Shown in pieces: positions 38,865 to 50,800 of a DNA stretch of 64,000 bases (within the stretch, counting starts at the first letter, position 1; every line of letters starts with the position of its first letter). Both the position numbers and the translations under genes were made by a program. Source of the DNA: Ministeria vibrans ATCC 50519 (Eukaryota; Protista; Filasterea); NCBI GenBank assembly GCA_943704425.1, contig CALSCP010000382.1:1-64000 (forward strand). Direction: 5' to 3'. The notes beneath the pieces were generated by a model, which searched no databases, had not been told where the DNA came from, and was given only the letters and a program-made list of their open reading frames with translations.

Positions 38865-41800
38865 ATGCGCTCCACTGCCGCGCTCGGGGCTAAGCAGCTG
38901 AAGCGGCTGCGCAAGACGCTGGCGGGCCGCTGGAAGCACTCCAACGTCCCCGTCAACGGAGTAATCTCGACGTCGTTGGAGCTGTCCGACGAAGTGATCA
39001 AGGTGAGAAGAAGACGGCCCGTTGCCCCAGCAGCGATACCGGCGCCCCTGCTGCCCGCTCCGCCGCTCTGTTGCCCTCCCCCGCCCATCTATGAACTCCT
39101 CGTCCGTGCAGATCCTCCGCGGACGCCCCTTTTTCTCCATCTCCATTCGCTTTGCTCAACTTGTCTTTTTTTTTTTCGTCGTCGTTTGTGCAGGAAACTG
39201 CCTTGTTTCGCAGTGTTGTGCAGCCGCCGCCGCGCGGCAGCCTGCGGGAATGGATCACAATCAACACCATCGACTTCTACAACCAGGTAAGACACGGAGT
39301 AGTCTGATGAGTTCGCAGACGGACCGCTTTTTTTTCTTCTTTTGCTTCCGTAAAACGTTCAAAATTCACTTTTGGCCCGTTTTGTAGGCGAACACACTGT
39401 ACACAGCGCTTGCAGACCACTGCACGAACGACACGTGTCCCATCATGACGGCGGGCGACATGTTTGAAGTGTACTGGGCGGACGGCAGTGCGACGGACGC
39501 ATCGATGGAGCCATCGCCAACCCACTCAGTGCGTGCCTGTCCTTCACACTGCCCTTGCTGACTCTCCCCTTGTTCTTTCTCTCTCTTTGTTCTTTGTTTT
39601 CTTCTCTCTCTCTATCTCTTTGTTCTTTCACTCTATCATTTTGTTCTCTATCACTTTGTTCTCTCTGNNNNNNTTTTGTTCTCTATCACTTTGTTCTCTC
39701 TGACTATCACAATGTTCTATCACTTTTGTTTCTTTCTCCCTCCTTTTTCTCTCTCTCTATCACTTTGTTTCTTTCTCCCTCCTCTCTCTCTCTCTTTATC
39801 ACTTTGTTTCTTTCTCCCTCCTCTCTCTCTCTCTTTATCACTTTGTTTCTTTCTCCCTCCTCTCTCTCTCTCCTCCGATATTTCAGGTATCAGCACCCGA
39901 TTACATTACACATCTGTTCGACTGGGCCTACACCCAGTTGGCGGCTTTCCCCACCGACGGCACCTTCCCCGATGACTTTGATCTGCGTCTCGAGACGATA
40001 CATCGACGGCTCCTTCGTGTTTACATCCACATGTACCGCTTTCACTCAGACTCTGCCGAACTCCTTGACGGTCTGGACATTCTGCGATTGCGCGTGCGTC
40101 ACTACCTCTGCTTTGTGACCGAGTACAATCTCATTGGAGCCGATCAACTGCTGCCCATGCGCAGCTTCTTCCTGCGCACCCTTGGCATTGACGTGACCGG
40201 CAGCACGGGGACACCCGACAATTCAGTGGGAGCCAATGTATTGCAAGGTGGCGGCTCAAAGAGTGGTGGCAAGGGGAAAGGTGGAGTGGCGGGAGCGGGG
40301 GAGCGAGATGCACGAGTGTTTGGGGTGCCTCTGGTGCAGATTGTAGAGTATGAGCGGGCAGAATTGGAGCGCGTTGGGTCGAGTGGAGCGCGCCGAGGCG
40401 CCATCAACTCGGCGAGCACTGGAAATTTAGCTGATGCCGAGCTGTACAACTCGTCAGGCAAGGGTCTTTCGACGACACAGCCCCCGGCGTCCAAGCATGG
40501 ACTGTCGCATGAGTTGCACACGACCGTGTCCGATGGCAATGTTGGTGCGGTGACGTCGCTGGATGACACGTACGTGCCGCAGATTGTGCAGAAGTGTATT
40601 CGGGCGCTTGAAGGGGCAGTGGATCGTGAAGGCATCTTCCGCATCTCCGGCTCGGTGCGGATGGTCAAGGAGCTCACCAGTGCGTTTGACAACGACTCAA
40701 TGGGACTGCAGGTGAACATTGACGACCACCCCAACGGCGAGCATGTCATTGCCGGCGCTCTCAAGCAGTTCTTCCGTGAACTTCCCGAGCCTCTTCTCTC
40801 CTTCTCTCTCTACGACCAGTGGATTGCCACCGCCTCTGGTCAGTATCTACTACATTGTGTGTTCTTTAGTTTTGACCCTTCTTTTTCTCATACTTTGTGT
40901 TTGTTTCTCTTTCTATCACGTTGTCTCTATTACTTTTTTGTCTCTCTCTCTATCACTGTGTTTCTCTCTCTCTCCATCACTTTCTTTCTCTCTCTCTGCA
41001 TTAGAACCCAATGCGGTTGAGCGGATGGCACTGACCAAGCGACTGCTGCACAAGCTGTCGTTGCCGGCCCAAGCGACGCTTGCCATGCTTCTGCGCTTCC
41101 TGTGCTTTGTGGGCTCGAACGCCGAGAAGAATCTCATGAGTGCCGACAACCTGGCTGTCGTGTTTGCGCCGGGTCTCCTCCGACCCCCCGAGGTCAATAT
41201 TCTCTCTCTCTCTATCACTTTGTTTGTTTTTTTCTCTCTCTATCAATTTGTTTCTCTCTCTGTATCACTTTGTTTCTCTCTCTCTCTATCACTTTGTTTT
41301 TCTCTCTCTCTTCTCTCTCTGTCTCTCTCTGTCACTTTATCTATTTTTGTTTTTTTTTTCAATATGAATCAGTGTGTCGTATTATCGTGTACTTAAATTT
41401 TCCTACGTCTTGTGTTGCAGGGGACGGATGCGCGGCAGTTGTTCTCCGATGCGGCGGTGCAACAGCAGGTTGTCGTGTTTCTCATTAACCACTCGGACCG
41501 GCTCTTTCCCGGAAGCACTGTCCAATGTGAGTCTGTTTCTTATTGTGTTGAGTTGAGTGATTTTGTATGTGTGTACGTGTGTGTGTGTGTGCTTCGTTTA
41601 GTACTTTTTGTGCATTAGGTGGATGTTGTTGTCGTGTTGGTCTCATGTGTTTCATCCCGTAGCATGCACTTCTCCCCGCTCTCGAACGCGTACCATTATT
41701 CGTGTGCGACCCGAAGGAAAGGTAGTGGGGAACGCATGTCACGCAATCACAGACACCACCGGCACTCACTCACTCACTTCTTTATCTATTTTTTTTTTCG

Positions 41801-42665
41801 TATTGTGTTTTACAATATAGGAATTACTACATGCGAATGTGGCGGGAGACAGTCCTGAAGATTCGGCGCGACGGCGGGAGCGACTGAGACGGCGGGCAGC
41901 GGGACGGTCCTCGTCGGATGTTGGGGTGCGACGGCCCATGCAGGGTCTGACGGTGTCGGGGGTGCTGGCTGCAAGCGAGTCACCGGTGGAGGAGGAGGAG
42001 GAGGGTAGGGAAGACGAGGGGGGGGGGACGACGGGAATCGATGTAGGGGAGCGGACCATGCCCGTAGCGGAGAAGGAAGGGGACTACGGGGAGACGGATG
42101 GGAGTACGGTGGAGCCGCATCCGCCTGCACGACGCATCGCGAGTGACTATGCTCAGTTGTCCACCTTTGATGTGGCGTCCCTGCCTAGTGGGGACCTGCG
42201 CATGGCCTTTGCGCTGCCACGACTTTCCAAACCAAAGTGTATGATTTATGATTTGGTTGTGTGTGTATGTGTGTGTGTACTCATGACTTTTGCTCTCTTG
42301 CAGTTGCGTTTGTGGAGGATGCTATGGAAGAAGAAGAGGAGAAGGAAGAGGAAGCAGCAGTCGCAGAGGAGGGCGAAAAGGAAAAGGAGAAAGAAGGGTC
42401 GGAAGGGGGTGGTGCAATAGAGCAAGAGAAGAAAAAGGAGGAGGAAGAGGATGAGGATGTGATTGTGGTGGACGAGTCGTGGTTTCCCGGTGTTAGTGTG
42501 GCGTTGGCCGACACAGACACGTTCAACCGAGTGCCTGAGCGGTCATTCAGCCTTGTAGGGGAGCTGAATGGGCCCGACGAGGGCGGTGCACATGTCCCGA
42601 CAGTCGGTCTCGACGGTACTGTGCTTGATCTACACGACGAACGCTTCACCGAGAGCTGTGTGTAG
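38865..42665 (+). CDS. MOB1/phocein domain - RhoGAP fusion protein, multi-exon
   Basis: MOB motifs EWITINTIDFYNQ, HCTNDTCPIMTAG, VSAPDYITHLFDW, RRLLRVYIHMYRFH, HYLCFVTEYNLI; RhoGAP motifs VFGVPL, VPQIVQKCI, EGIFRISGS, LKQFFRELPEPLL, NLMSADNLAVVFAPGLL; acidic C-terminal exons less certain. Confidence 0.85.
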
Positions 42666-42822
42666 CCCATCGAGTGCTGCTTCTTGCTTGTTCTCCCTTA
42701 TTTTTATTAATATTATTTTTATGAGTCGAATAGCACGTCGCTTTAAACTATTTAATACACGCCATTATCGTAACGGACAAAACAAATGAAAAACAAAAAC
42801 CAAACAGTACGAAAGCCAACAA

Positions 42823-43845
42823 TTAGGCACTTCCGAGGACATGTCCCTTTCCAGGAAAGGCAGATGGGGCAGTGGGGGGTACGGGAGCAGAGGGGGGCGA
42901 GGTGTTGGGAGTAGAAGAGGGCGGAGTGGAGGAGAAGAGGTCGCGAAGACGGGCGAGGAGAGAGGTGGCAAGGGAGGAGAGGGAGGCCACCTGAGAGGAT
43001 GTCGATGATGGCGGAAGGGGCGGAACGTACTGCGCGGCGGACGCGTGCGTGACAAAGGACGGGAGCGACGTGATGGGCCCGAGTATCGCAAGGTTTTCGA
43101 TGCGCGTGATGAGCCAAGCTGGACACACCAGTGTGGTGAGTGACGGGAATAGACCAACTACAATCATAGAGGCGCATTAAACTTGAATAAGACGTGATAG
43201 AATGTCTTCTTACACACGACTCCTGTGATGAGACCAGCCAGATGGCCAAGGAAAGAGATGTTGGGGAGGAAGAGTTGGAACATGACGAGAAGCAGGAGCG
43301 GATAGACCTTGGTGGGCACATCAAAGACGCCAAAGACGGAGGAGACAGCGGGGGCATTGGGAGCAACGCACGCCTCTGCGATCACCGTGAAGAGAACGCC
43401 GCTGAAGCCAATGCTGCATGTCGAAAGAGACGCGGGAAAGCCGACCCGGCCGAGGGCGTACGCAACAGCGAGCTGGACAATGGCGTTGCAGACGACAAAG
43501 ACGGCGACGAGCAGGAGCAGCGCGACAGAGCCGCTTCGTCGCTCGTACGGGCCGCCCCGGTGAATCCACGTCGCCATGTTGAAGTACAGGTGAAGAATGC
43601 CGCCGTGCACAAAGGCATGGGTGACCAGGCGGTACGCTACGAGTCCAATCGTTGAGAGGAGGAGGGCGAGAGTGGGGTGATGATCAATGAGTACGCTGTC
43701 GCCAGAAGGTTGAGCAGGACAAACATGTCGCGCGCCAAAGCGTATAGTCCACCAAGCTGTACAGATAGATGAGGATACAGAGGGCCACAATGGCCGCTGT
43801 AGTGACCGGGACTCTTCGGCAGAACGCAAGCACCTGTCCCAGCAT
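42823..43845 (-). CDS. Rhomboid protease (RHBDD1/RHBDL4-like) with C-terminal SHP box
   Basis: YRLVTHAFVHGGILHLYFNM, catalytic GFSG, SFLGHLAG; C-terminal FPGKGHVLG; two introns. Confidence 0.85.
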
Positions 43846-44057
43846 GCAAAGTGAACTTCAATCAAAACAATTGAATTGTTTGGAAAGGAATTCATTGTCT
43901 GGAAGTGTCGAAGTGAAAAGTCTATGGGCAAAGCATTGTGCTGCTCTTGCCTCTTTCATCTTTGTTTTGTAATAGTCTTGTTTTGACATTGAGTACAGCT
44001 ATCGATTCTGAGGCGGATTCTCTCATTTTTCTTAATTTCATGTGCATTACAATAGAG

Positions 44058-46151
44058 TTACAAATCTTGACGAAGTATGGACAAGGTGGCGGGATCGAGT
44101 GTACCGTGGCGACGGATCGCGCGGAGGGCAGCACGGCGGACAAGTCCCGCGAGGGTGCTTCCGGTGGCGCCTTGAGGCGCCTTGGAGGCAATGAGGCGCG
44201 GCGTGACGTCGTGGTGGAGCGGCAAGCGACGCGTGAGCACCTGCGCAATGTCGACGAGGTCGAGTGGAGGAGGCGCCCCAATAAGGATGTGCTGCTCGAG
44301 ACGGCCCGGTCGCAGAATGGCACTATCTAGCTGATCGGGTGGGCGATTGGTGCACGCGAGCACAAAGACCCCGGTACTGCGCTGGACACCGTCCATTTCG
44401 TTGAGGAGTTGACTGAGCGCACGCTGTTCGACCGAGGTCGCCTCGCCACTGTCGCAGAGGGCGCGCGACCCACATAGCACGTCAATCTCGTCAATGAAGA
44501 CGATACAGGGGGCAACGGCCCGTGCAGCCGCAAACAAACGGCGAACACACGCCTCGGTGTCGCCAACATAGCGCGAGAAGAGCGACGGGGCAGCGACGGG
44601 CAAAAAAGCAGCGCCGCTCTCGGCTGCCGCCGCGTGAGCCATGAGCGTCTTGCCGCAGCCCGATGGCCCGTGCAGCAGGACCCCCGACGGAGGACGCACG
44701 CCGAGACGGCTGTACGCATCGGGTCGCTGCACAGGCCACACGACCAGACGACGCAGTGTCTGCTGGACACTTGCATAGCCCCCGACATCGCTCCAGCTGT
44801 GACGCGGCCGCTCAAAGTCAAATTCAACCAGCTGTGACGGAAGCACTCGTCTGAGCGCCGACTCAACGTAGCACGGGGCGAGCACAGCTTCATTGTCGAG
44901 AAGCGCATCGAGGCGGGCACAACGCACAAGGCGGACCAAGTCGGACGCGACAAAGCCTGATGTGCGCGTGGCAGTCCACGAGACAAGTGACGACAACGAC
45001 GAACACGGTGGTGCTGATGCGTCCGTCTGCACTCCCTCGGTATCCTCAGCGGTGGCGCGTTGAAATAGAGCTGAAAGCATCGTCGCTCGCTGCTGTGTCG
45101 AAGGGGCATGCACGGTGACGGTGGCGTCCAGCGCACCACGCGCACGCAGCGTGCGCGGCAGACGCACAAGCGCATCACCGTCGCAGCTGGCAATGAGGCA
45201 CCAGCGACGCTGGAGCTGCTCGAGCGCTTGTGAAAGCAACTTGAATGCGTCGGGGGACGACTCGACGAGGCGCTCAATGTGGTGTACGAGTAGCAGTGAC
45301 ACGAGCTGTTGGTCGGCGGCGCGACTCACCCGTTTGAGGCACTGTTGCATGCTGTCGACCGAGCAGGGACCCGCCTTGAGCGTTGTCACCGATACATCCG
45401 TGTCATTGTTGCGAGACCGTGCCGCAAGGACATGCTCAATGACTGAGGATTTGCCGGCACCCGGTGGACCAGTCACAAGGATGCCACCTATCGTGAGAGA
45501 CTGGAACGAATGCTTCTCGCCCGCATCGTCCTGCTGCATTGATTGTTGTTGTCGCAGGGCAATGGCCGACTCGAGCATCCCTTGAAACTCTTCACACGGC
45601 CCCTCCAATCCGGCGCGTAATACAGGCGGCGTGGCGGCCGACAGCGACAGCGACGCAAACGACCGCGCCAAGCGTGCGTCGTCGCGCTCCGCCCGCGGCT
45701 CCACGTCGAATCGGGTGTCTTCGTTTGCAAAGGCAATGCGTACCGCAGGCCCGTCGGGGTCGCTTTGAATAGATACTACTTCGATAGGAGGGTGCGGCGG
45801 GCGCAAGATGGTGTGTCCTTGAACAAGGTGCTTGGACGCGAGAAACCGGCGCGTTGCGTCGTCGACGGGCGCCCGTACGACCACCGACGTCGCTGTGGGC
45901 ACGGTCGCGGGGTCCATGTCAAGCACGTCCACGTCCACCGTGCGGCTCGGCACGGCCCCAAGCAGCGACGGGTGGCACAGGGCGTCGGTGCTCGCCAGCA
46001 GTGCACCGCGCCATCGCGGCCACAGAACAAACCGCTGGGCAACGCAGCAGACATAGTCGCGCTCGCCGTCATCTGGCTCGCCTCCAATGCACAACCTCCA
46101 TGGTTCGGTTTCAGTTGAGGGGTCCGCAAAGAGCGAAAGTTTTAAATTCAT
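44058..46151 (-). CDS. Two-domain AAA+ ATPase, CDC48/AFG2 (SPATA5L1-like) family
   Basis: D1 GPPGAGKS with degenerate Walker B; D2 WSDVGG, GVLLHGPSGCGKT, VFIDEID, LLNEMDG, ILRPGRLE; start codon uncertain. Confidence 0.75.
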   Translation of the reverse strand: MNLKLSLFADPSTETEPWRLCIGGEPDDGERDYVCCVAQRFVLWPRWRGALLASTDALCHPSLLGAVPSRTVDVDVLDMDPATVPTATSVVVRAPVDDATRRFLASKHLVQGHTILRPPHPPIEVVSIQSDPDGPAVRIAFANEDTRFDVEPRAERDDARLARSFASLSLSAATPPVLRAGLEGPCEEFQGMLESAIALRQQQSMQQDDAGEKHSFQSLTIGGILVTGPPGAGKSSVIEHVLAARSRNNDTDVSVTTLKAGPCSVDSMQQCLKRVSRAADQQLVSLLLVHHIERLVESSPDAFKLLSQALEQLQRRWCLIASCDGDALVRLPRTLRARGALDATVTVHAPSTQQRATMLSALFQRATAEDTEGVQTDASAPPCSSLSSLVSWTATRTSGFVASDLVRLVRCARLDALLDNEAVLAPCYVESALRRVLPSQLVEFDFERPRHSWSDVGGYASVQQTLRRLVVWPVQRPDAYSRLGVRPPSGVLLHGPSGCGKTLMAHAAAAESGAAFLPVAAPSLFSRYVGDTEACVRRLFAAARAVAPCIVFIDEIDVLCGSRALCDSGEATSVEQRALSQLLNEMDGVQRSTGVFVLACTNRPPDQLDSAILRPGRLEQHILIGAPPPLDLVDIAQVLTRRLPLHHDVTPRLIASKAPQGATGSTLAGLVRRAALRAIRRHGTLDPATLSILRQDL

Positions 46152-46388
46152 ACGAATAAGATTGATCTTTTCTTTACGTAGGCTTGAACGCCTTTTGCCC
46201 TTTTTATTATAACTTAAGATCAATGGGTACTCATTGGGTAGTCACCATGTGTCGTATAAAAATGAATACTACCTGTGCGGATCTAAAAGAACCGTTCTAT
46301 CGTACAGTCTCGACAGTCTGTCGTTTTACAGACCGAAACAGTTTTAAAGTATAATGGAACTAATGGTTAATTTATATCTGTACTTCAT

Positions 46389-46706
46389 TCAGCCGCTCGT
46401 AATGGCCTTGACAAACTTCTCGTAGTTGAGGTTCCCCTCTTTGTCGACTTCGGCCGCTTGCAGCAGCATGTCGACGTCCTCATCGCTGAGACGCTCGCCC
46501 AGACTCGTCAGTACATGACGCAGTTCACCGACATTCATAAAGCCATTGCCGTCCTTGTCAAATACACGCAGTCCCTCAATGAAGTCCTCCAGCTTGCCTT
46601 GGTCCGCCGGCGGCGACGACAGAATCGGGATGATCTCCTCAAACGAGATCCTCTTGTCGCCTACACAGAGAACATGAAGGGAATGAGGGACAGACAGCGA
46701 GCCGTC

Positions 46707-46746
<40 letters not shown>

Positions 46747-47432
46747 GACAGACAGACACACACACACACACACACACACACACAGCAACGGCGTGCACGC
46801 GTGGGCACACTGCACGCATGCGGGGTGGCGTACCCTTGGGACACAGCTCGGCAACCATCTTCTTGACTTCGTTATCGGTGGGATTGAGCCCCAGCGAGCG
46901 CAGACATCGCCCCAGGTCGCTCGAGTTGATCTTGCCGTCGCCCAGCCGATCAAACAGCGCAAATGCCTCCCGGTAGTCTACAGCGAGCAAAGGGCGCCGC
47001 AACGCCCCGCAGGTGGTTTAGCGACGATGTTTGAAACGGCGAAGAAAGGAAAAAAAAAAAAGAAAAAATGAGGAAAATCAAAGGATCTCGTCTGATAGGA
47101 GAGTTGGTAGGAGCAGGGCCACGCAGTGAGGCCCAATCAGGTCCACGGCACACCCCGGGCGTGTGGGAAAGTGGGCGCAATAGGCAAATGGGTTAAAAAG
47201 CGGTGACGTAGCAGTCGTCAGAAAGGCAGTTCTGTCGCTGTGGCGCGAAATGCAAGCGGTGCAGACGCACGCAACGCCGGCCGATACCTTCGATTTTGTC
47301 GTCTGAAGCCTACAGCATCGGCAGGGCCAAAAGGACAAGAGGAACGTCAGTCAAATTGCTTTTTTTGGGGGGTTTCGGGGTTTGAAAAAAAAAACCACAA
47401 ATAACACGCTAGAACCGCCAGGCACGTACCAT
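46389..47432 (-). CDS. Myosin essential light chain (MYL6/Mlc-c-like EF-hand protein), four exons
   Basis: M|ASDDKIE|DYREAFALFDRLGDGKI...LRSLGLNPT...EDFIEGLRVFDKDGNGFMNVGELRHVLTSLGERL...NYEKFVKAITSG*. Confidence 0.9.
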
Positions 47433-47873
47433 ATTGAGTATAAACTGTAAAGTGTGATGAATGAAAGAGAAAAGCGCAAAATAAATTATACTTTTAAGTT
47501 TTATTGAGTCTCTAAGATCTTACATGAGTCAAGGCAGATCTTCGAAAGAGTCTCACCTCTAAAAGTTCGTTCACGTTCGCTTATGACGCATCGCCCATTC
47601 CAATCGATGGGTTGAACGGGTTTCTTCAAGTTCGTTTCAGCGTGATGCCGCGTGTGATCAGACATATCGGCGTTTGGTTCCGACTTTTGTGGTGGACTTT
47701 TTTTTTTAATCAAAACTATTAATTTTCAAAAACCAAAAAAAAAAAAATTAATCAAACTTTTTTTTTGTCGTCGCCACACAGTTCCGGTGTACCGCGACGC
47801 CAAGTTGTACGGGAGTGTATAGGGCTTGAGTGGACGTCGACGTGCGCCGCTGCTGCTCCCTGTGACGCGCAAT

Positions 47874-50800
47874 ATGAATCCCAGCGATGAGTACATTCGC
47901 ATGTGTACGACACCCCCTCACCGCCCTTGTCTTGTGCCATCCACCCCTGCCATTCAAGCACACCCCATGGATGTTGTTGTTTTTATTATTTCTTCTCTTT
48001 TGTGTCTTTCTTATGTCTTTTCCGTTTTTTTTTTTTTCGTTCCTCTTTTTCCCTCGTTTTTCTGACTCGTTTCTTGTCTTTCTGCGTGTGGTGGCACAGT
48101 CGCAAACGCTGGCGCTCGCGACCCCTCAAAGCGGGCGGTGAAGCCCAAGCTGTCGGTGGAAGAGGCGCGTCTCCTGGACGGGTGCGCGGGCGGGGCGGTG
48201 GCGGGCTCGCTGTCGGCGGTGCTGGACGGTGCGCGGACGGGCGGGGCGACGGCTGCCGGGCTCTCCCTTGCACAGGCGCACCAGCAGGCGCTGCTGCATG
48301 GCGCGCCGGCTGTGGAGGTCGCCACCAGCATGGATGTCTTTGATGATGCCGATGAGGAGTTTGATTGGCGCAAGGAGAGGCGGAAGGTGCGCCGAGAGGA
48401 TCGGAAGGCACAGCGAAGAAGACGACGACGCGCAGAGAATGGAGAGAGCGACATCGACGAAGACGACGCTGGTGAAGATGGTGACGGTGATGAAGAGGAC
48501 GACGAGGAGGATGGGGATGATGATGATGATATCGAGATCAGCGATGACGCTGACGAAGACGAGAGTGATTCCGACGAGGACGAGAGCGATGATGAGGACA
48601 GTCGTTTGACCACTGCCGCACAGCTGTTGGCCGCCTGTCCACCAGTGGATGTACGAGGCAATCCTGGCGAACTTAACGGGAAGGAGGAGGAGGAAGAGGA
48701 CGAGGAGGATTTTGATTACGATCCGGGACTCGACGAGGAATTCAAACGACGGAAGCGAGTCCAACGCCATCGACGACGCAAGCGACGACGCGTCAACGGA
48801 AGCGATGCCAACGACAGCGATAGCGACGCCGATGATGACGATATTGAGAGTGACTGGGCCTCAGACGATTCCGACAGGTCGTCATCGAGTTCGTCGTCGA
48901 GTGCCTCGTCCGGGTCGTCTGGGTCGTCGCGTCCGCCGTCGCCTGGCTCTGATCCGGCCTTCCTGGCGCGCGCCCCATCGATGCCTGTGCCACCCATGCG
49001 CACGTGTAGCGTATGTCTGGGTGCAGACCAGACACACATGTTGGTGTGTGACTCGTGTGGCATGGCGGCGCACGAGGAGTGCTACGGCATGGTGGACACG
49101 GAGACGGAGTCGGAGGACGAGTCGGACGACGACAACAACGACGGAGGTCCTTCTGACGACAATGCGGTCGACCACGAGGAAGACATGGTCATGGTGCCGT
49201 CGCCAGTGACGACGCGACGACGCAGACGCCACTCGTTGACGGGCGGACGGCAGGAACTCCAACAACAATCGCAACAGTTGCAGGCTGTGGAAGAGGAGCA
49301 GAAGCGAACGAAGAAGAAGAGCGCTGCAAAGGAGAAGAGGCCACCCTTCAAGAACGTCCTGTGGATTTGCAATATGTGTCTGTCGCCGCAGGAGGCCAAG
49401 TGTGTGCTGTGTCCCGTCGACGGGCGCGTGCCCCTTAAGGAGACAGACACGGGCGACTTTAGCCACGTCATCTGCTCGCTCTACACCACCACCTTTGGCG
49501 ACAACATGCGCATGTTGCCTGCCCTCATCACGGCTATGGCGCCGCGCGTCTTTGGTCTGCACCTTTGTGCCGACTGCCACGACCCGGCCGGTGCCCACTC
49601 GGGCGTGTGCATTCGCTGCGAGGCCTTTGGCTGCCGTCGCTACTACCACGCAACGTGTGCGCAACGTCTCGGTCTGCTCTGTGACGACCTTGCGTCCGCC
49701 CACGACGAGATTGTGTACGTGCTGCGCTGTCCCGAGCACATCGAGGATGACGCTCGTGAGACTGCTCGGCAAATGTACAACCGCATGCGTCGAGAGCAGA
49801 TTGTCGTTCAGGCACACCTGCCGCCCGTCGACCTCGCTGCCCAGCGCAAAATTCACCAGCAGTTTCTCGACCGCAATCCCGATTTGCGCGATCTCCGTGT
49901 GCCGCGAGGCGTCGTCCCAGGACTGCCCCCACCACCACCCGAGCCCGCCTACGAGCGTCTTACTACGCGCGCCCGTCGCTCCGTTTCGTCAACGACTGTG
50001 GCGCGGCCGCGAAAACAGCAGCAGACAAAAGCAGTGGAGCAACAAGAGAAAACGAGGGAGTCGCAAAAAGACGAGGATGAGGAGGAACAGGCTGTGGGCG
50101 CACAAGAGGCCAGCATAACGACAACGGCCGAGTCGACGCGCATTTTGCAATTACGCTCACCTGCAGGTGGACCGGCACACGACACAGTCCGTCGACGCGT
50201 TTCGTCCACACGCGGCACGACGGCCGCGCCCCCGTCGCCTGCTCTTGTCAATGGAGGCTCTACCTCATCCCGCACTCTTCGCAGTGGACGCATCTTGACC
50301 GGTGGCCACAGCACAGCCAAGAGCGTCGCAACGCCCGTCGGCAATCCCAGCCTGACTGCCAATTTTGTCGAGCAGTATCATGCACGCGAGTCGCATCTCG
50401 ATCACCTGCTTCCCGAGCAACTGTCGCTCGTGATGAGACGTGTTGACGAACTGCACGCACGCAAGCGTCAATTGACAGTGCTGTTGGAACGGACCACTCA
50501 ACGGCAGCTCATTACCAGCAGTGGACTTGTGCGTGTGTGTCAGAGTGGTACGGCACTCGTGGCGGCCGCGAATGCCGTGCTCGAGGCTGGCAATCTGTGC
50601 GCGCACCGCATCCCACTCGAGATGTTTGAACTGCCGCGCGACGGGCGGTCGCGACCTACTGTGGCCCTGAGCGACATGCGTGCCCGTTTTGAGGCAATGG
50701 TGTCGTCTATGAGTGAGGCGGCGGCAGCAGCAGCGGCAGCAGCAACAGCGCGACACAGACTGTATCGCCATGTGGTGGACGGCAATGGGGAGGGGGACGA

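Noticed and set aside
39720-39875. Regularly spaced ~40-bp repeats resembling a CRISPR array
   Set aside because: Low-complexity CT-rich tandem units without unique spacers, inside a eukaryotic intron, with no cas genes.
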